Source: Macrostomum lignano
Taxonomy: Eukaryota
Length of the DNA stretch: 64,000 nt
NCBI GenBank assembly: GCA_002269645.1
Contig: NIVC01003928.1
Location: 5,340-69,339 of the forward strand
Direction: 5' to 3'
Made by a program: the position numbers and the translations under genes. Numbering within the stretch: position 1 is the stretch's first letter; the number at the start of each line of letters is the position of its first letter. Shown here in pieces: positions 21,138-35,009 of the stretch. The notes under the pieces were generated by a model, which saw only the letters and a list, made by a program, of their open reading frames with translations, was not told the DNA's origin and ran no database searches.

Positions 21138-23499
21138 CTGTGCGTGAGCGCACAAAAGAAAAATCACTTATTGAGAAATCTGTTTGATTTGTTTGAAAAC
21201 AGATTTAAATGTCGCTGTTCTAATAAATGCTTCATTGTCAATGAAATTTTACTGTACAATTAAAATACTCGTAGTTTGTCCCAACGGTGCTGCTTGTGTC
21301 AGTTAGATGGAGTATGTACAAATTTCACTTTCTCGATAGTGCCGCAGCAACTTACTTTGCCCTTAGCTGACTGCAGGCAGGCTTGCTTGTTTTAATAATG
21401 CCCTAGAAAACAAAACACTTATTGCAATTAAGTTTCAGTTACTGGGAGTTGCAATTTTCTGAGATCCTATCTCTTTGCTGACCGCCCATCTTCCCAATCA
21501 GATGAGCTTCTTTTTTGTTGCTGACTCTGCCCTGCTTTTCTTTCGGCGTTTGCCTTTGCAGTAAGCTTTGTTTCTCGTTCTAGAATGCTGTCATTTTATA
21601 CTGTTCTTTAGTTATGTAATAATACTGCTTTGAGTAGAAAAATAATTTGACTATCGAATTATAACAGTAATATATTATATTAGTTGCCCAGCAAACTCAC
21701 ATGGTATTTCTCCAAGTCTCTAGTACTGTGGGCGATGTGTCATGCGAGATTTCTTTCCTAAATGTTTTGATTGAAACTTTTAGTAAAATTTGTTCTTCCT
21801 AGAAGTGTAAATTTTGCCTACTTATGAGTGCTGTGTAGTGCTGTTGTAAATTAATTGATAAATAAGGTGATCGTGCCGCCTCTCTTATATTTCACTGAGC
21901 TCAGAGTATTACTAGGCTGCTAATTATTTTTTTCAACGTACAAAAATACGACATATACGAGTACGAGACAAGACTTACTTGACAATGAAGGCAAATCTGT
22001 TTGTTATAGAAGAAAACGGTAGCTTATCGATATCAACGTATCTGGAATTTTAGAAAAGTACATATGTAAATTCCAGTTAAGTTTTTATTTAATCATAAAA
22101 TTTTAAAAAGAATTTTAAATTCTACTTACATATGTGTAATGGTTCCTAGCCAAGTCTTTTCATGCCAGGTCATGCATGGAAACTCTTGTGACGTGGCACA
22201 TTTTGTCTGTGTAGTGCAGGTCTCGTAAATGAATTATATTCGTTTGAACATATGCAGTACCGCCAGTACGCCTTTTGTCAAAGGGAACTTCTACATGTAC
22301 CTTTCCGTTAGAATTGGCTCTTCCTCTTGTAGGCCTCAACTTCAGTGTAAACTTTATCCCGACTCCCTTGCGCCCGCCTCTCCTCCCCGCTTCCCCCCGC
22401 CGCGATAGGAATGTACGCGTGGCCTGGGTAAGGGATTGCCTGGGTCTTGTACACGCTTGTCCTAACACTTCTGCACTGTACGTGGGTTTATCTTTACGAT
22501 CCAAGATAAGCAAAATTGTTTTCCAGGAAGGCCTAGTAGTTAGTTTTGGGCCAACTAGTCATCGATTTCGACTTTACAGTGACAGTGACACTCAAACATG
22601 TGCTAGCAGTCCATGCAGTCATCTTAAGTTTCTTCGTATCTCAGTACATTTCAGTATACCAGACGATAATTATCATAATTCTAGGAAAAATTTTGCTACA
22701 TAGTATAGCTGCCCAAACCCAGGCCAATAAGGAAGTCATTTAAAGCCTTAGAGATTAAACGTTTCCCTCTAATACTCGTCCTCGGTTTTCTCGGGAAATG
22801 CAAAGTTTTTCTTTGCCCTTTATTTCTTTGCTCTAAAAGCGCTTCATAAGACTGTGAGAATTTCCACCGGAAAACTACCTCACTCAAAGTGTCACTTTAC
22901 GTTAATGGCCTCCAGTCACTAACTTGAGTCAGTTAATACCCATTCACATATGACAAATAGATTAATGCAGCTGACTGAAAACGAGAATTTCAGTTAAAAT
23001 GGCCGAGGGCACAGGCGGATGTAACCTTAATTTGTTATGTTTCGTGTATAAGTGAAATTGGAAGCTAATGAATTTAGATGCTAGCTGTTTCTATGCAAAA
23101 ATCTAAATATACTAAATCTATAAGGTTTGTATGCTTGATTGTAATATTCTAAATCCTTATTAAATTATTTCATATTTTATAGTAAACACGATGCCAAATG
23201 TCAGGATCCTTTCAAGTGTCGATTGGCAGCCCTGTGGAGAACCTCTATCTGTTACTTGTAGTAGACTTTCTTGATATTGTAAGAAATATTGTAATAAAAC
23301 GAGAATACCGATTTGAGACCCAATTGTTCTGTTGGATCAGACCATCAGTTCGCATAATTTTTTAAACTTCTTAGGACACTGCAAATCATTAGATTCCCCG
23401 TGTTTGATTAAAAATATGAAAAAATGACATTGATTTTTGAAAGGAGAATCGAAAGACGGTTCCAATGAATATTTTTTCATTTCAATAGAATTCATTTTT

Positions 23500-23600
23500 G
23501 GAAGTGTCGGGACGCACTTATTGGGCCTGGCCCAACACATTTTTGGTCCTAATAGCACGGGTCAGTTTATACACGCTTGTCCCAAGAAATGCCTAATGCA

Positions 23601-23653
<53 letters not shown>

Positions 23654-23655
23654 TC
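23500..23655. repeat. (CA)n-containing dispersed repeat member
   Basis: Flank gcccaacacatttttggtcctaatagcacgggtc..gtcccaagaaatgcctaatgcacaaa(ca)n aligns with 53040-53155. Confidence 0.7.
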
Positions 23656-24464
23656 AGTAAGAGGCCCGACAAGGCTAATTCGGCTAAAGAAAAGTAGGAA
23701 GGGCCGGCAGCCCCCCCCCTGGTCAGGTGACCAAGGGAAGCTAGTGAACAATGATGCACTTCTTTCGTTCATTTGCTAATGTACAAGGCCGCCTGCACAG
23801 CAATGCTAACTTCAACTGCATTAGGCGATTAACATTATTTTGCATGTAGTAAAGAGTCCTCAGACTCCTCTAAAGAGTCATAAGACTGCCGGCCACAAAT
23901 ATTGTGAAATTCAGAAGTATCTTAATAGCTTTTAGAGAAGAGTCAATTCTTTTTTAAATCAAGTTTAGATGTACAAAATAAGAGGCTGGCCGTATGTATG
24001 GTTTTATTACAATTAAACTATATATAATTTAATATGATTGCCATGTTTATATATATATATTTTAATTTAAAATATACTCAGCCGCAGGAGACAACTTAAG
24101 GTTGGTTTAATCAATGAGCGGAGCGGCATGCGATCAATAATATTTATAGATCAATCGAAAGAAAACGTGAGCAAACTACTCGTGCACTAAACACTAACTG
24201 GAAGCAATAAACGGTGACAAGAGCCGCTAAATGATCACATCCACATTGTCTATAGAGACTGAATTTACTGTGAACTATGCCTATTGTGCTGCTATGTTGG
24301 AAATAAAGTCTGCGTTCGCAATCAAAACGGGGTTTGCATTGTATAAAATCTTCAAGTATAAGGGTTAAAACACATCCTCCTCGAATACTAACAATGGGAG
24401 AAATGAATGATGACGAGCATAAGACTGATTGGTTAAAAGGCAAGTCTCAAGGCTTGAGTGCTGG

Positions 24465-24690
24465 GGTCGGGCAGATGAGGGTGCACTGAAGGGCTGGGAC
24501 AGCTGAGGGCGCACTGAAGGGCTGGGACAGTTGAGGGTGCACTGAAGGGCTGGGACAGCTAAGGGTGCACTGAAGGGCTGGGTCAGCTGAGGGTGCACTG
24601 AAGGGCTGGGTCAGCTAAGGGTGCACTGAAGGGCTGGGGCAGCTGATGGCGCACTGAAGGGCTGGGACAGCTGAGGGTGCACTGAAGGAT
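24465..24690. repeat. 28-bp minisatellite (gggtgcactgaagggctgggacagctga)n
   Basis: About 8 copies. Confidence 0.92.
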
Positions 24691-25005
24691 ACAAGAATAA
24701 AAATCGTATAAAACTACTGAATAACAGATGAATAAATGTGAAGCCAGATTAGGAAACCAGCCCAGTCACAGTAACAAGTGTACATGCTGTTAATAATTAA
24801 TGAGATTAAATATGCACACATGGATAAAAACGAGTACTGTTGACACCGAATCTGAGAATGACGCTTGCCCGAGTCATCGTTAGAATATTGATGACAATTT
24901 AGAATTGTAATGAGCAAACATAAGCCAGGAAAATTCAAGAGATGCATGGCAGATCTACAGAACTGAGAGAATAGAAAGTTTGTCAAAAAAAAACAAAAAT
25001 TTGTT

Positions 25006-25285
25006 TCTAATCCAGATTCTACTATACACATCTTGCTAGTTTAGAAGTCTCGGGGCGCAGTTTCCAATCCAGATTCTACTATACACATCTTGCTAGTTTA
25101 GAAGTCTCGGGGCGCAGTTTCCAATCCAGATTCTACTATACACATCTTGCTAGTTTAGAAGTCTCGGGGGCGCAGTTTCCAATCCAGATTCTACTATACA
25201 CATCTCGCTAGTTTAGAAGTCTCGGGGGCGCAGTTTCCAATCCAGATTCTACTATACACATCTTGCTAGCTTAGAAGTCCCGGGC
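25006..25285. repeat. 57-58-bp tandem repeat directly downstream of the p85-like stop codon
   Basis: aatccagattctactatacacatcttgctagtttagaagtctcggggcgcagtttcc, about 5 copies. Confidence 0.93.
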
Positions 25286-25296
25286 AGAAGCCGCGG

Positions 25297-28200
25297 TCAA
25301 ACGTAGGTATTGTTAGTCCGCTCGGCGGCATTCATCTGGGCCAGCTGCTTCAGCGGCAGCAGTAGAAAGGTGTCCATGTCGCGGTTGTGCTTGCCCAGCG
25401 AGTTCACCCGGTAGTGCGCGACCAGCTCCTCCAGGCTGGGGAACGAGGTCGGACTGACGTAGTCGAAGCCGCACCGGCCGGTCTGCTGCTGGCCGGCGCC
25501 CAGCTCCATGAAGATCTTGCAGAAGCGGACACCGCACGGACTGCGGACGGACAGCACTAGGCTCTCCTCGCCACCTGAGCGAGACGCGTGAATCAGGAAG
25601 GTGCCGATTGGCGCATTGTCCAGATGGCGCAGCAGCGGGTCGGCCTTGGTGATCTGCCTGTCCAGCCAGTCGGCGGGGTCCCACGGCGCCGCGGAGGTCG
25701 AACCCACCGGGTCCTCGGCCAGCGACAGTCGCTCGAAGCTGTCGGCGCAGCCGGGGAAGTAGCCGCCGAGATTGGCGGCGTCCTCGGCGTCCACCGTCTC
25801 GCGCAGCACGCCGTACAGGGTCATCAGGATGGCCTTGAGGCGGATGCGCTTCTCCTGGATTGCGCGAACGTCTCCGCGCATCGTGCGCACCTCGGCCTGC
25901 ATCACCTGGCTATCGTGCCGGATCCGCTGCGCCTCCTTCTCGGCCGCTTCCTGCCTGGACCGGTACATCTGCATGCGGCTCACCTGCGGAATGGGCGGCG
26001 GGGGTGGCTTTATGGGTTGCCAGCGGTATGCTGCTTGCGGGATCAGGTAGAAACAGGTGAGGAGAAGGGAGCATAGGGAGAATCCAGATGGGAGCATAGG
26101 GAGAATCCAGATGGGATCATAGGGAGAATCCAGATGGGAGCATAGGGAGAATCCAGATGGGGATCGAGGGAACCCATATGGGGATCAGGGGAGAATCAAT
26201 ATGGGGATTAAGGGAAAATTCCGAGAATACCGATACTCACGATTCCACTCCAATAAACTTATCACTCACCTGCGAGTCCCGATTGGTCTTCATGAGCTGT
26301 TCCAGAGCACTGCGCCGCTCAATGAGTCTGTCCATCTTGGCGATATTGTTGGTAAGGGTGAGCACGACCTGCGAGTAGCACTTAGCGCCGCGCTCCGCCT
26401 CCAGCTGCTGATCCTTTAGCGTTCCCATAGTAACAATGTTCTCGTCCATCTTTGTAAACACGTCGGAGATTTCGCGACCCATTTCTTGGTAGAGGGTCAG
26501 CAGCTCCTGCCTCATCTGGGCGGGAAAACCAATTCGAGATGGGATCAATACGACTCATACGAGCCTCATGCGCCCCATCACTCGATTCTTCCCATCTCCA
26601 CAATCTTCCCCCTTTCCGTCACTCCAATTCTTCCCCTTTCTCGTCACTCCAATTCTACCCCTTTCTCGTCATTCCAATTCTTCCCATTCCCGTTACTTCA
26701 ATTCTTCCTCTTTCCTGTCACCCCCAATTCTTCTCCTTTCTCGTCACTCCAATTCTTCCCCATTCTCAAAAAAATAATCTTCCCCCTTTCTCGTCACTCC
26801 CAATTCTTCCTCTTTATCGTCACTCCCATTTTTCCCCTTTCTCGACCCTCCAATTCTTCCCCTTTCCTGTCACTCAAATTCTTCCCTTTTCTCGTCACCC
26901 CAATGCTTCCTCTTTCTCGTCACCCCAATTCTTCCCCATTCTCGTCACTCCTAATTCTTCCCCTTTCTCGTCACCACAATTCTTCCCCTTTCCTGTCACT
27001 CAAATTCTTCCCTTTTCTCGTCACCTTAATTCTTCCCCTTTCTCGTAAATCGAATTCTCCCCTTTCCTGTCACTCAAATTCTTCCCCCTTTCTCGTCCCT
27101 ACCAAATCTCTCTTTTCTCGTCACTCTAATTTTTCCCCTTTCTCTTAAATGCAATTCTTCCGCATTCTCTGACTCTAATTCTTCCCCACACCCTGCAACC
27201 CAAATTCCTCCCCTACGAGTGAACAGCAAAACACAGATCCCCAGCTCACTTCTTCGCTGTTCCCCTTGGAGGCAGATTCAGCTGGGCAGCCTGCAAACTT
27301 GCTAATGGGATAGAGGAGCAACACGTCCAGGTTGTTATTGTACTCGCGCAGCGAATTGTAGGTGTAGTGATTGATGACCTGGGCTACCGTGTAGAACTCG
27401 GTGGCCCGCTCGGAGAAGCCGTACGTGACCCGGTCGCCGGTCTTGTAGCGCGGATAGATTCTAATCAGCTTGTTCTCGCCGTCCTTCTTCAGAGTCAGCG
27501 TGTAGCCGCCGCTCATGTTGGCGGCGTTGCGCACTAGGAATGAGCCGTCCGGCCGGTTGGCCAGCACGGCTTGAACCTCCGACTTGGAGATGTCGCCCCA
27601 GTACCACGGTTGCTCGGGCAGGGAGATGTGATCCACCTGCGGGATGGCGCAGCGGTTGCTTTTAGTTGTCAAGCCGGTTTCACTTATGAGCTAGTTGCTA
27701 GGCAGTTCTGGGGATTGGATATAATTGGGGTTGGGGTTTGAGATCGGGAATCGGGATAGTGATGGGATTTGAGATTGGAAATCAGGACACTGATGGGATT
27801 TGAGATTGGGAATCGGGACAGCGATGGGATTTGAGATTGGGAATCGGGACAGTGATGGGATTTGAGATTGGGAATCGGGACAGTGATGGGATTTGAGATT
27901 GAGAATGTGGATGGGATTTGAGATTGGGAATCTGGATGGGATTTGAGATTGGGAATCATGATGGGATTTGAGATTGGGAATCATGATGGGATTTGAGATT
28001 GGGAATCTGGACAGTGATGGGATTTGAGATTGAGAATCGGGATGGGATTTGAGATTGGGAATCGGGATGGGATTTAAGATTGAGAATCTGGATGGGATTT
28101 GAGATTGGGAATCAGGATGGCATTTGAGATTGGAAATCGGGATGGGATTTGAGATTGAGAATCTGGATGGGATTTGAGATTGGGAATCATGATGGGATTT

Positions 28201-31200
28201 GAGATTGGGAATCTGGATGGGATTTGAGATTGGGAATCATGATGGGATTTGAGATTGGGAATCTGGATGGGATTTGAGATTGGGAATCATGATGGGATTT
28301 GAGATTGGGAATCAAGATGGGATTTGAGATTGGGAATCTGGATGGGATTTGAGATTGAGAATCTGGATGGGATTTGAGATTGGGAATCATGATGGGATTT
28401 GAGATTGGGAATCTGGATGGGATTTGAGATTGGGAATCATGATGGGATTTGAGAATGGGAATCATGATGGGATTTGAGATTGGGAATCTGGATGGGATTT
28501 GAGATTGGGAATCTGGATGGGATTTGAGATTGGGAATCTGGATGGGATTTGAGATTGGGAATCTGGATGGGATTTGAGATTGGGAATCTGGATGGGATTT
28601 GAGATTGGGAATCTGGATGGGATTTGAGATCAGAAATCTGGATGGGATTTGAGATTGGGAATCGGGATGGGATTTGAGATTGGGAATCTGGATGGGATTT
28701 GAGATCAGAAATCTGGATGGGATTTGAGATTGGAAATCAGGACACTGATGGGATTTGAGATTGGGAATCGGGATGGGATTTGAGATTGGGAATCTGGATG
28801 GGATTTGAGATTGGGAATCTAGATGGGATTTGAGATTGGGAATCTGGATGGGATTTGAGATTGGGAATCCGGATGGGATTTGAGATTGGGAATCTGGATG
28901 GGATTTGAGATCAGAAATCTGGATGGGATTTGAGATTGGGAATCGGGATGGGATTTGAGATTGGGAATCTGGATGGGATTTGAGATCAGAAATCTGGATG
29001 GGATTTGAGATTGGGAATCATGATGGGATTTGAGATTGGGAATCGGGATGGGATTTGAGATTGGGAATCGGGATGGAATTTGAGATTGGGAATTGGGACA
29101 GTGATGGGATTTGAGATTGGGAATCGGGATGGGATTTGAGATTGGGAATCGGGATGGGATTTGAGATTGGGAATCGGGATGGGATTTAGGATTGGGAATC
29201 TGGATGGGATTTGGGATTGGGAATCTAGATGGGATTTGGGATTGGGAATCTGGATGGGATTTGAGATTGGGAATCGGGATGGGATTTGAGATTGGGAATC
29301 GGGACAGTGATACGATACGATACAGTAACTGTAGGGTATAGGACCAAGGAAGGCTCACAACCACCCCAGGGAGACAGCAGCCAGACTGAGGAACGAACCT
29401 GAGACGGGTCGTTAAGCACCAGAAATGAAGGCAGCACGCAGCCCCAGCGGCCGTGGGACAGCACCCCCTTGGCAACGTCGTGCAATGGCACAACACAAGG
29501 CCGACTGTGCTCGCCGGCCACCATCCCGGTCACTCGGGACCAGGCCGGACGGAGCAGCAGCTGGCCGAAAACGCGCGACCACGAAATGAAATACTGACGG
29601 TCGGCGTTTCGAACCCGCCTGAAGATCTGCACAAAGTGGCACATGAGGTGCTGCAGAGTAGCCCTATGATGGTCGGGGGCCTCCGACAGCAGACGGCGGA
29701 GCTCCACGGCCTGCTGATGCAGCTGGCTGGCAGGCAGGTCCATGAGGCGGACGAATCTGCGCGGGAGGCGAGTGACAGATTCGCTGGGGTGAGAGGGCGA
29801 CTCTCTGGGATGAGAGGGCGACTCTCTGGGATGAGAGGGCGACTCTCTGGGATGAGAGGGCGACTCTCTGGGATGAGAGGGCGACTCTCTGGGATGAGAG
29901 GGCGACTCTCTGGGATGAGAGGGCGACTCTCTAGGGTAAGAGGGCGAATCTCTAGAATGAGAGGGCGACTCTCTGGGATGAGAGGGCGACTCTCTGGGAT
30001 GAGAGGGCGACTCTCTGGGATGAGAGGGCGACTCTCTGGGATGAGAGGGCGACTCGTTGGTATGAGAGGGCGACTCTCTGACAGGTAGGAAGCGATTCTC
30101 AGACTTGGAACTCTCTGATGCGCCAATGCCAGCCTTCAGTCTCACTTGTCGTAGTGCTGGCAGGGCAGCAGTGAGGTCGGCAGCTCCTGCAGCCACAGTT
30201 TGAGCAGCTGGGCCGCCAACTTGCCGTCCAGTTTATTAAACGCGGCCGGCCCAACTCCGCAGCCGAAGTCGGCGCGAAGGGCTTCAACGTCGGCGGCGGT
30301 CCGCCTGAAACGGTAGAACTGCAGCAGGTCGCCTGGATAAGTGAGGCTCTCCCGCTCCACTGTGTAAGTGCACAGCCGGACAATATAGGGCACCAGGTGC
30401 GAGGCCGCCTCCGGTGCCATGGAGTCGGGCGCGTCGGACAGAGCCGGCTGGTCAGAGTGGGCCAGGCTGTCGTACACGTTGGTGGAGTCGGCGTAGTTGT
30501 CCAGCTTGCGGCGAAAGCTCTCGTCTGGCAGCTGCTGCTCGCCTGCGGCTACCTGCTCATCAATGGACGCGCCGAACACGATGGACGGCACCATAGGCGG
30601 CACGGTGGGTCGGCAGGATTCGTCACCTTCAGCACCGGTTGCCCCCCACCGGTGAAACCTGGCGCAGTGCCGATGCGCGACCCGGCCGCAGACGGTGCAC
30701 TGCAGGCCCTGCTGGTAGATGCCCAGCAGCCGGAGCCCGCAAGCTGCGCACTCAGTCTGGTGTCCGGCAAAGCTGGCCAGCCGCATCCGATGCCCGGCCG
30801 GACTGTCCGGATGTCCGAGCCGCCACTCGGTTCCGGCTTTGTCCGCCTCTGGCCAGTCGCGGTAGCCGGCCAGCAGTTGCTCCAAGGCGGCCGAGATCGC
30901 CCGCCGGTGCGGTACATCCTGCATCCGCCAGTCCTTCTCCAGCACCTGGTCCGTGAGACCGCGGAGGCACGCGCCGCCTGTTCGGAGTTGAAAGGGGCGG
31001 CGATGAGGAATCGAGAGTTTGGATTCCGAATTTACAAATCCCAAAAGTGTGGGAATGGTTTTCAACCCACATGAACTGCAGATTACACCAGATACAGATC
31101 CCAAAACAGTAAAGCCATAGATCCCAAAACAGTAAAGCCACAGATCCCGATGAATAAAAGCCAATCAACAGCAGCCATCAGTTACCCGGGAAGCCCCGCT

Positions 31201-32737
31201 GGCCGAGATATTTGCAGCAAGAGTCCAAGAACCGGCTGAGGTTGGCAACGCACAGCCACTCCAGCACCATGCGGCTGGTCCAGGCTTCCACCAGCACGGG
31301 TTCCCAGTGCAAATACAGGTAGTGAGAATCGTCCGGCGGCGGGGCGAAGCCGTCGCAACCGACCAGAAGCTGCGACCCGGCGCCCGCCTCGGAGTCAGCA
31401 ACGTCGCCGTATTTGTCGTCGACATCGCCGGAAGCCGCCGCCACAGCAGCGGCTGTACAGGACAGGTGAAAGACGCGCTTGCAGACGGCGCACTGCGCGG
31501 CGCCGCAGTTCCACAGATAGTCCTGGCACAGGGTGCAATAGCGCGGGCCGGACACGAACACGGTCGGGCCGCCAGGCAGGGCGTGCCGCCGTCGCTCCCG
31601 ACTGCTGCTGGCCGCGGAGTCGCCACTGCTGCTGTCCGAGAGCTGAGGGCCTGACAAGCCTGGCATATTGGGATATGGGATCAAAATTGGGGACGTTGCA
31701 AACTGGGAAACAGTGGGAATAGGATGGGGATCACAGTGCGAATAGGGTGGGGATCACAGTGCGAATAGGATGGGGATCACAGTGGGAATAGAATGGGGAT
31801 CACAGTGCGAATAGGGTGGGGATCACAGTGCGAATAGGATGGGGATCACAGTGGGAATAGGGTGGGGATCAGTGGGAATTGGGTGGGGATCACAGTGCGA
31901 ATAGGGTGGGGATCACAGTGGGAATATGGTGGGGATCAGTGGGAATTGGGTGGGGATCACAGTGCGAATAGGGTGGGGATCACAGTGCGAATAGGATAGG
32001 GATCACAGTGGGAATAGGGTGGGGATCACAGTGGGAATAGGGTGGGGATCACAGTGGGAATAGGGTGGGGATCACAGTGGGAATATGGTGGGGATCAGTG
32101 GGAATAGGGTGGGGATTACAGTGGAAATAGGGTGGGGATTACAGTGGAAATAGGGTCGAGATCACAGTGGGAATTGGGTGGGGATCAGAGTGGGAATTGG
32201 GTGGGGATCGCACAGTGGGAATTGGGTGGGGATCGCACAGTGGGAATTGGGTGGGGATCGCACAGTGGGAATTGGGTGGGGATCGCACAGTGGGAATTGG
32301 GTGGGGATCACAGTGGGAATAGTTTGGGGATTACAGTGGAAATAGGATTGGGTTACTGAGTAAGAGTATTCTGAGTAGCCAGGGTATCTTCAACCAATCA
32401 AAACAAGCAAAGAGCACAAAGCAAGGTCTGGAGAGTTGCCAGGATCAAGGAGAGAGAGAGCACTCCCGCCCTTACCAGCGTCAGTGGAGGGGTCATCCGC
32501 CTGCACCAGCTGCAGATACTTGGTGGGCACCAGGCCCTCCCGATTCTGATAGCGCACCCGGCAGGTGCCAGGCAGGACTGCGGTGGACACCGAAGACTCC
32601 GCAGGTGCCAAGCCAATCAGCTGAGCCCCAGCCTCCAGCACAGAGATGAAGCCAGCGGCCACTTCCTCATCGCTAGGAATAAATGGCTGCAGACAGCGAT
32701 AGACAATGGCTAATGGTTTTGGTGGCTCTGTGGCCAT
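25297..32737 (-). CDS. PIK3R-like: PI3K class IA regulatory subunit p85-like, ~1099 aa (SH3-C1-SAM-C1-RhoGAP-nSH2-iSH2-cSH2), 7 exons
   Basis: Exons 32737..32476, 31659..31186, 30977..30146, 29756..29399, 27690..27250, 26515..26270 and 25983..25297 total 3300 nt with all phases matching. The nSH2 WYWGDISKSEVQAVLANRPDGSFLVRNA..GYTLTLKKDGENKLIRI..YNNNLDVLLLYPISKF closely matches the p85 nSH2. Also present: two H-x-C-x2-C..C-x2-C..H-x2-C C1 motifs, SAM WTSRMVLEWL..LTDQVL..HRRAI, and RhoGAP VPYIVRLC..FYR..LLKLWLQELPTSLL. Confidence 0.9.
26600..27180. repeat. Degenerate ~25-bp CT-rich minisatellite (tcgtcactccaattcttcccctttc)n, p85 intron 5
   Basis: Visible tandem copies. Confidence 0.85.
27715..29310. 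repeat. 25-bp minisatellite (gggatttgagattgggaatctggat)n, p85 intron 4
   Basis: About 60 copies filling nearly the whole intron. Confidence 0.95.
29785..30080. repeat. 21-bp minisatellite (gagagggcgactctctgggat)n, p85 intron 3
   Basis: About 14 copies; it produces the ESPSHPR repeat ORF. Confidence 0.95.
31725..32350. repeat. ~23-bp G-rich minisatellite (gggaatagggtggggatcacagt)n, p85 intron 1
   Basis: About 27 visible copies. Confidence 0.93.
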
Positions 32738-35009
32738 CAGTTGGCCACAGTTGAAGCTGCAATCATGGGATTGTTGGAATGATATTTTCTGAAATCAATC
32801 ACATACCTAGATAGATACAGACAAATCAGTTTTAGCATTGTGGATTTGTTGTCTCATTGCAAAAGTAACAAATATTGGCAGGAAGGCTGCAGACACCCTG
32901 GCGCAATGCCTTTGGTAGCATTGGTCTTAGCTAGTCTTGGGATAATTCTGCCCATTCCACTGACTTGTAAGGACATAAAAGCATATACCAATATTTAAGC
33001 AGGCACATACTCATATGCACGCTTGCACAGGGTGTACTGCAGAAAACTTTTTAATTGTTAGACATAGGCAAATTCTGCACCTTAGTGGTTGGCCATTATA
33101 GGTGAGAGGCAATTTAATCCTTAGCAAATTTTGTACACAAGCCCTAAATGAATATGGCTATGCACAGAATCAAACTAGAGGTTCCCATTTTTCAATTCTT
33201 AACCAACATTTTGTATTTCATATATTTGACATTTTGATAAATTTCCAAATTTCACTTTTTTAGCATATTTGATTTCTTGCCCCTAGTTGGGAAACAACTT
33301 TTAATATATAGAATTATTTTTATAATAAGAAAAAATCAAACATTGGCAATAGTGAATGATAATAAAAACAATAATTTTCCTAGAGTCTCCTTTAGAATTC
33401 TAGGCTGAGACAAATGTTTATAGATCTTAAAGCAAATCTTTTTGCTATTTTGATTATATTAATAGTCTATTAAATATATCAATACTATAAAAAAAGGCTT
33501 AGACTAGCCTAATATTTTTTGTTATAAACAAAAAATGATTAAATACAGATACTTATAAATTTACTTTTAGGCAAAAAAGCTTATATAGGCAAAGTGCATT
33601 AAAAAAGTAGTTTGATTATTAAAAAATTAAGATAGAAATATTTTTATTACTTGACTAATATCAAAAAAGCTTTTAATTTAGGCAAGCAAAATTTATCAGT
33701 CACCAAAAACAACTTTTAAAATCTCATTGGAGCACTTATTAAAACTAAATAAACAATGTTAATAATAGACAAAATGGCTATATAAAACAAGTGTTGCAAG
33801 TTGACTTGTTCTATTAATATATATTCTTAATATTGTATAATAAACACAGCCTCTACTATACTATAAATATTCTAAACCATTATTATAGTAATAAATTTGT
33901 ACTACTGAGTATACTTAGTGTTTTTAACTATTTTTAGCTTTGGTACTTACATCATTTGCATCAAAACAACAAAATGCAAAAGAAGTAAATATATTGAGAT
34001 ATCATAATATTTATATAGGCAATATGCATCCAAAAAAGAAGCACAAAAGAAGTAAAAACAAAATTGTATTTTATAGAACAACAACAAACAATTATACAAA
34101 TTTAAAAAAATGCTAAAAAGGTTATGTAAAATAGTTTAAAAAACCCTAAAAAGGTTTACAAAATATCACAAAGTAAAATTTACCACAAAATTTAAATTGA
34201 TCATAAAAGTAGAAAGTAGCTCCACCCCTTTTTGTTAATTATAAACTTCAATTAGGGGGCCTAAGCATTTTCAACTTCTATTACAAATTATTACATCTTT
34301 TGTCCAAATAGTACAAAATGCAATAGACCTACAACACTTTTTGTTTTATGTGGCCATTTTGATGGTGTGACTGTTTTGTTGTGTGGCACATTTTGATAGC
34401 ACCCCATTTTGATATTGTTTGTTAGTTTTATTGTTAAAAATCATAAATCTTCATTAACAATTTATTTAAAAAAATAATTTAACAAATGAAACTAAAGACA
34501 AAGTTATGTTGTCATTTGATATCTATTGGTAGCCTTAAGCTATCAAATTTATTGTGTAGGCTAGGCTCTATACATGTTATGTTATTGTTATATAAGTAAA
34601 AGAAAAACAAGAAAACTTAGAAAACTAGCATGCTTGGGTGCAACCTTGGGATTCACTCGGCCGTTTCTATTGGCAATTTTAAACTAGGGCCTATTGAAAA
34701 TATATATTATTTAAGCCTAGTTTTAAAATAGTATATAATTTAAAGTTTAAAAGTTTAAAGTTTAGTATAAACTTTATAAAGTTTTATAAAGTTTAAAATA
34801 GTATAATATAAAGTGCATCTTGTTGCACTATTTATCCCATAGTCCTTAAGCCCTAACCATAGCCCAAGGCCTAAAACCCTCCATTCCCAATCCCAATACA
34901 TTATTGGTTGGCTTTACCTATAACATTACATAACACATAGTTGGGTTTTGAAGCTACCAACCAACCAACACAGTGAAGCTTGAATTTGAAATAAGCACCA
35001 TGCATTAAA

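Noticed and set aside
29757-30145. Intron retention giving an ESPSHPR-repeat insert in the p85 RhoGAP domain
   Set aside because: Read-through from exon 3 hits AAG TGA at once (30144..30142), so retention truncates the protein.
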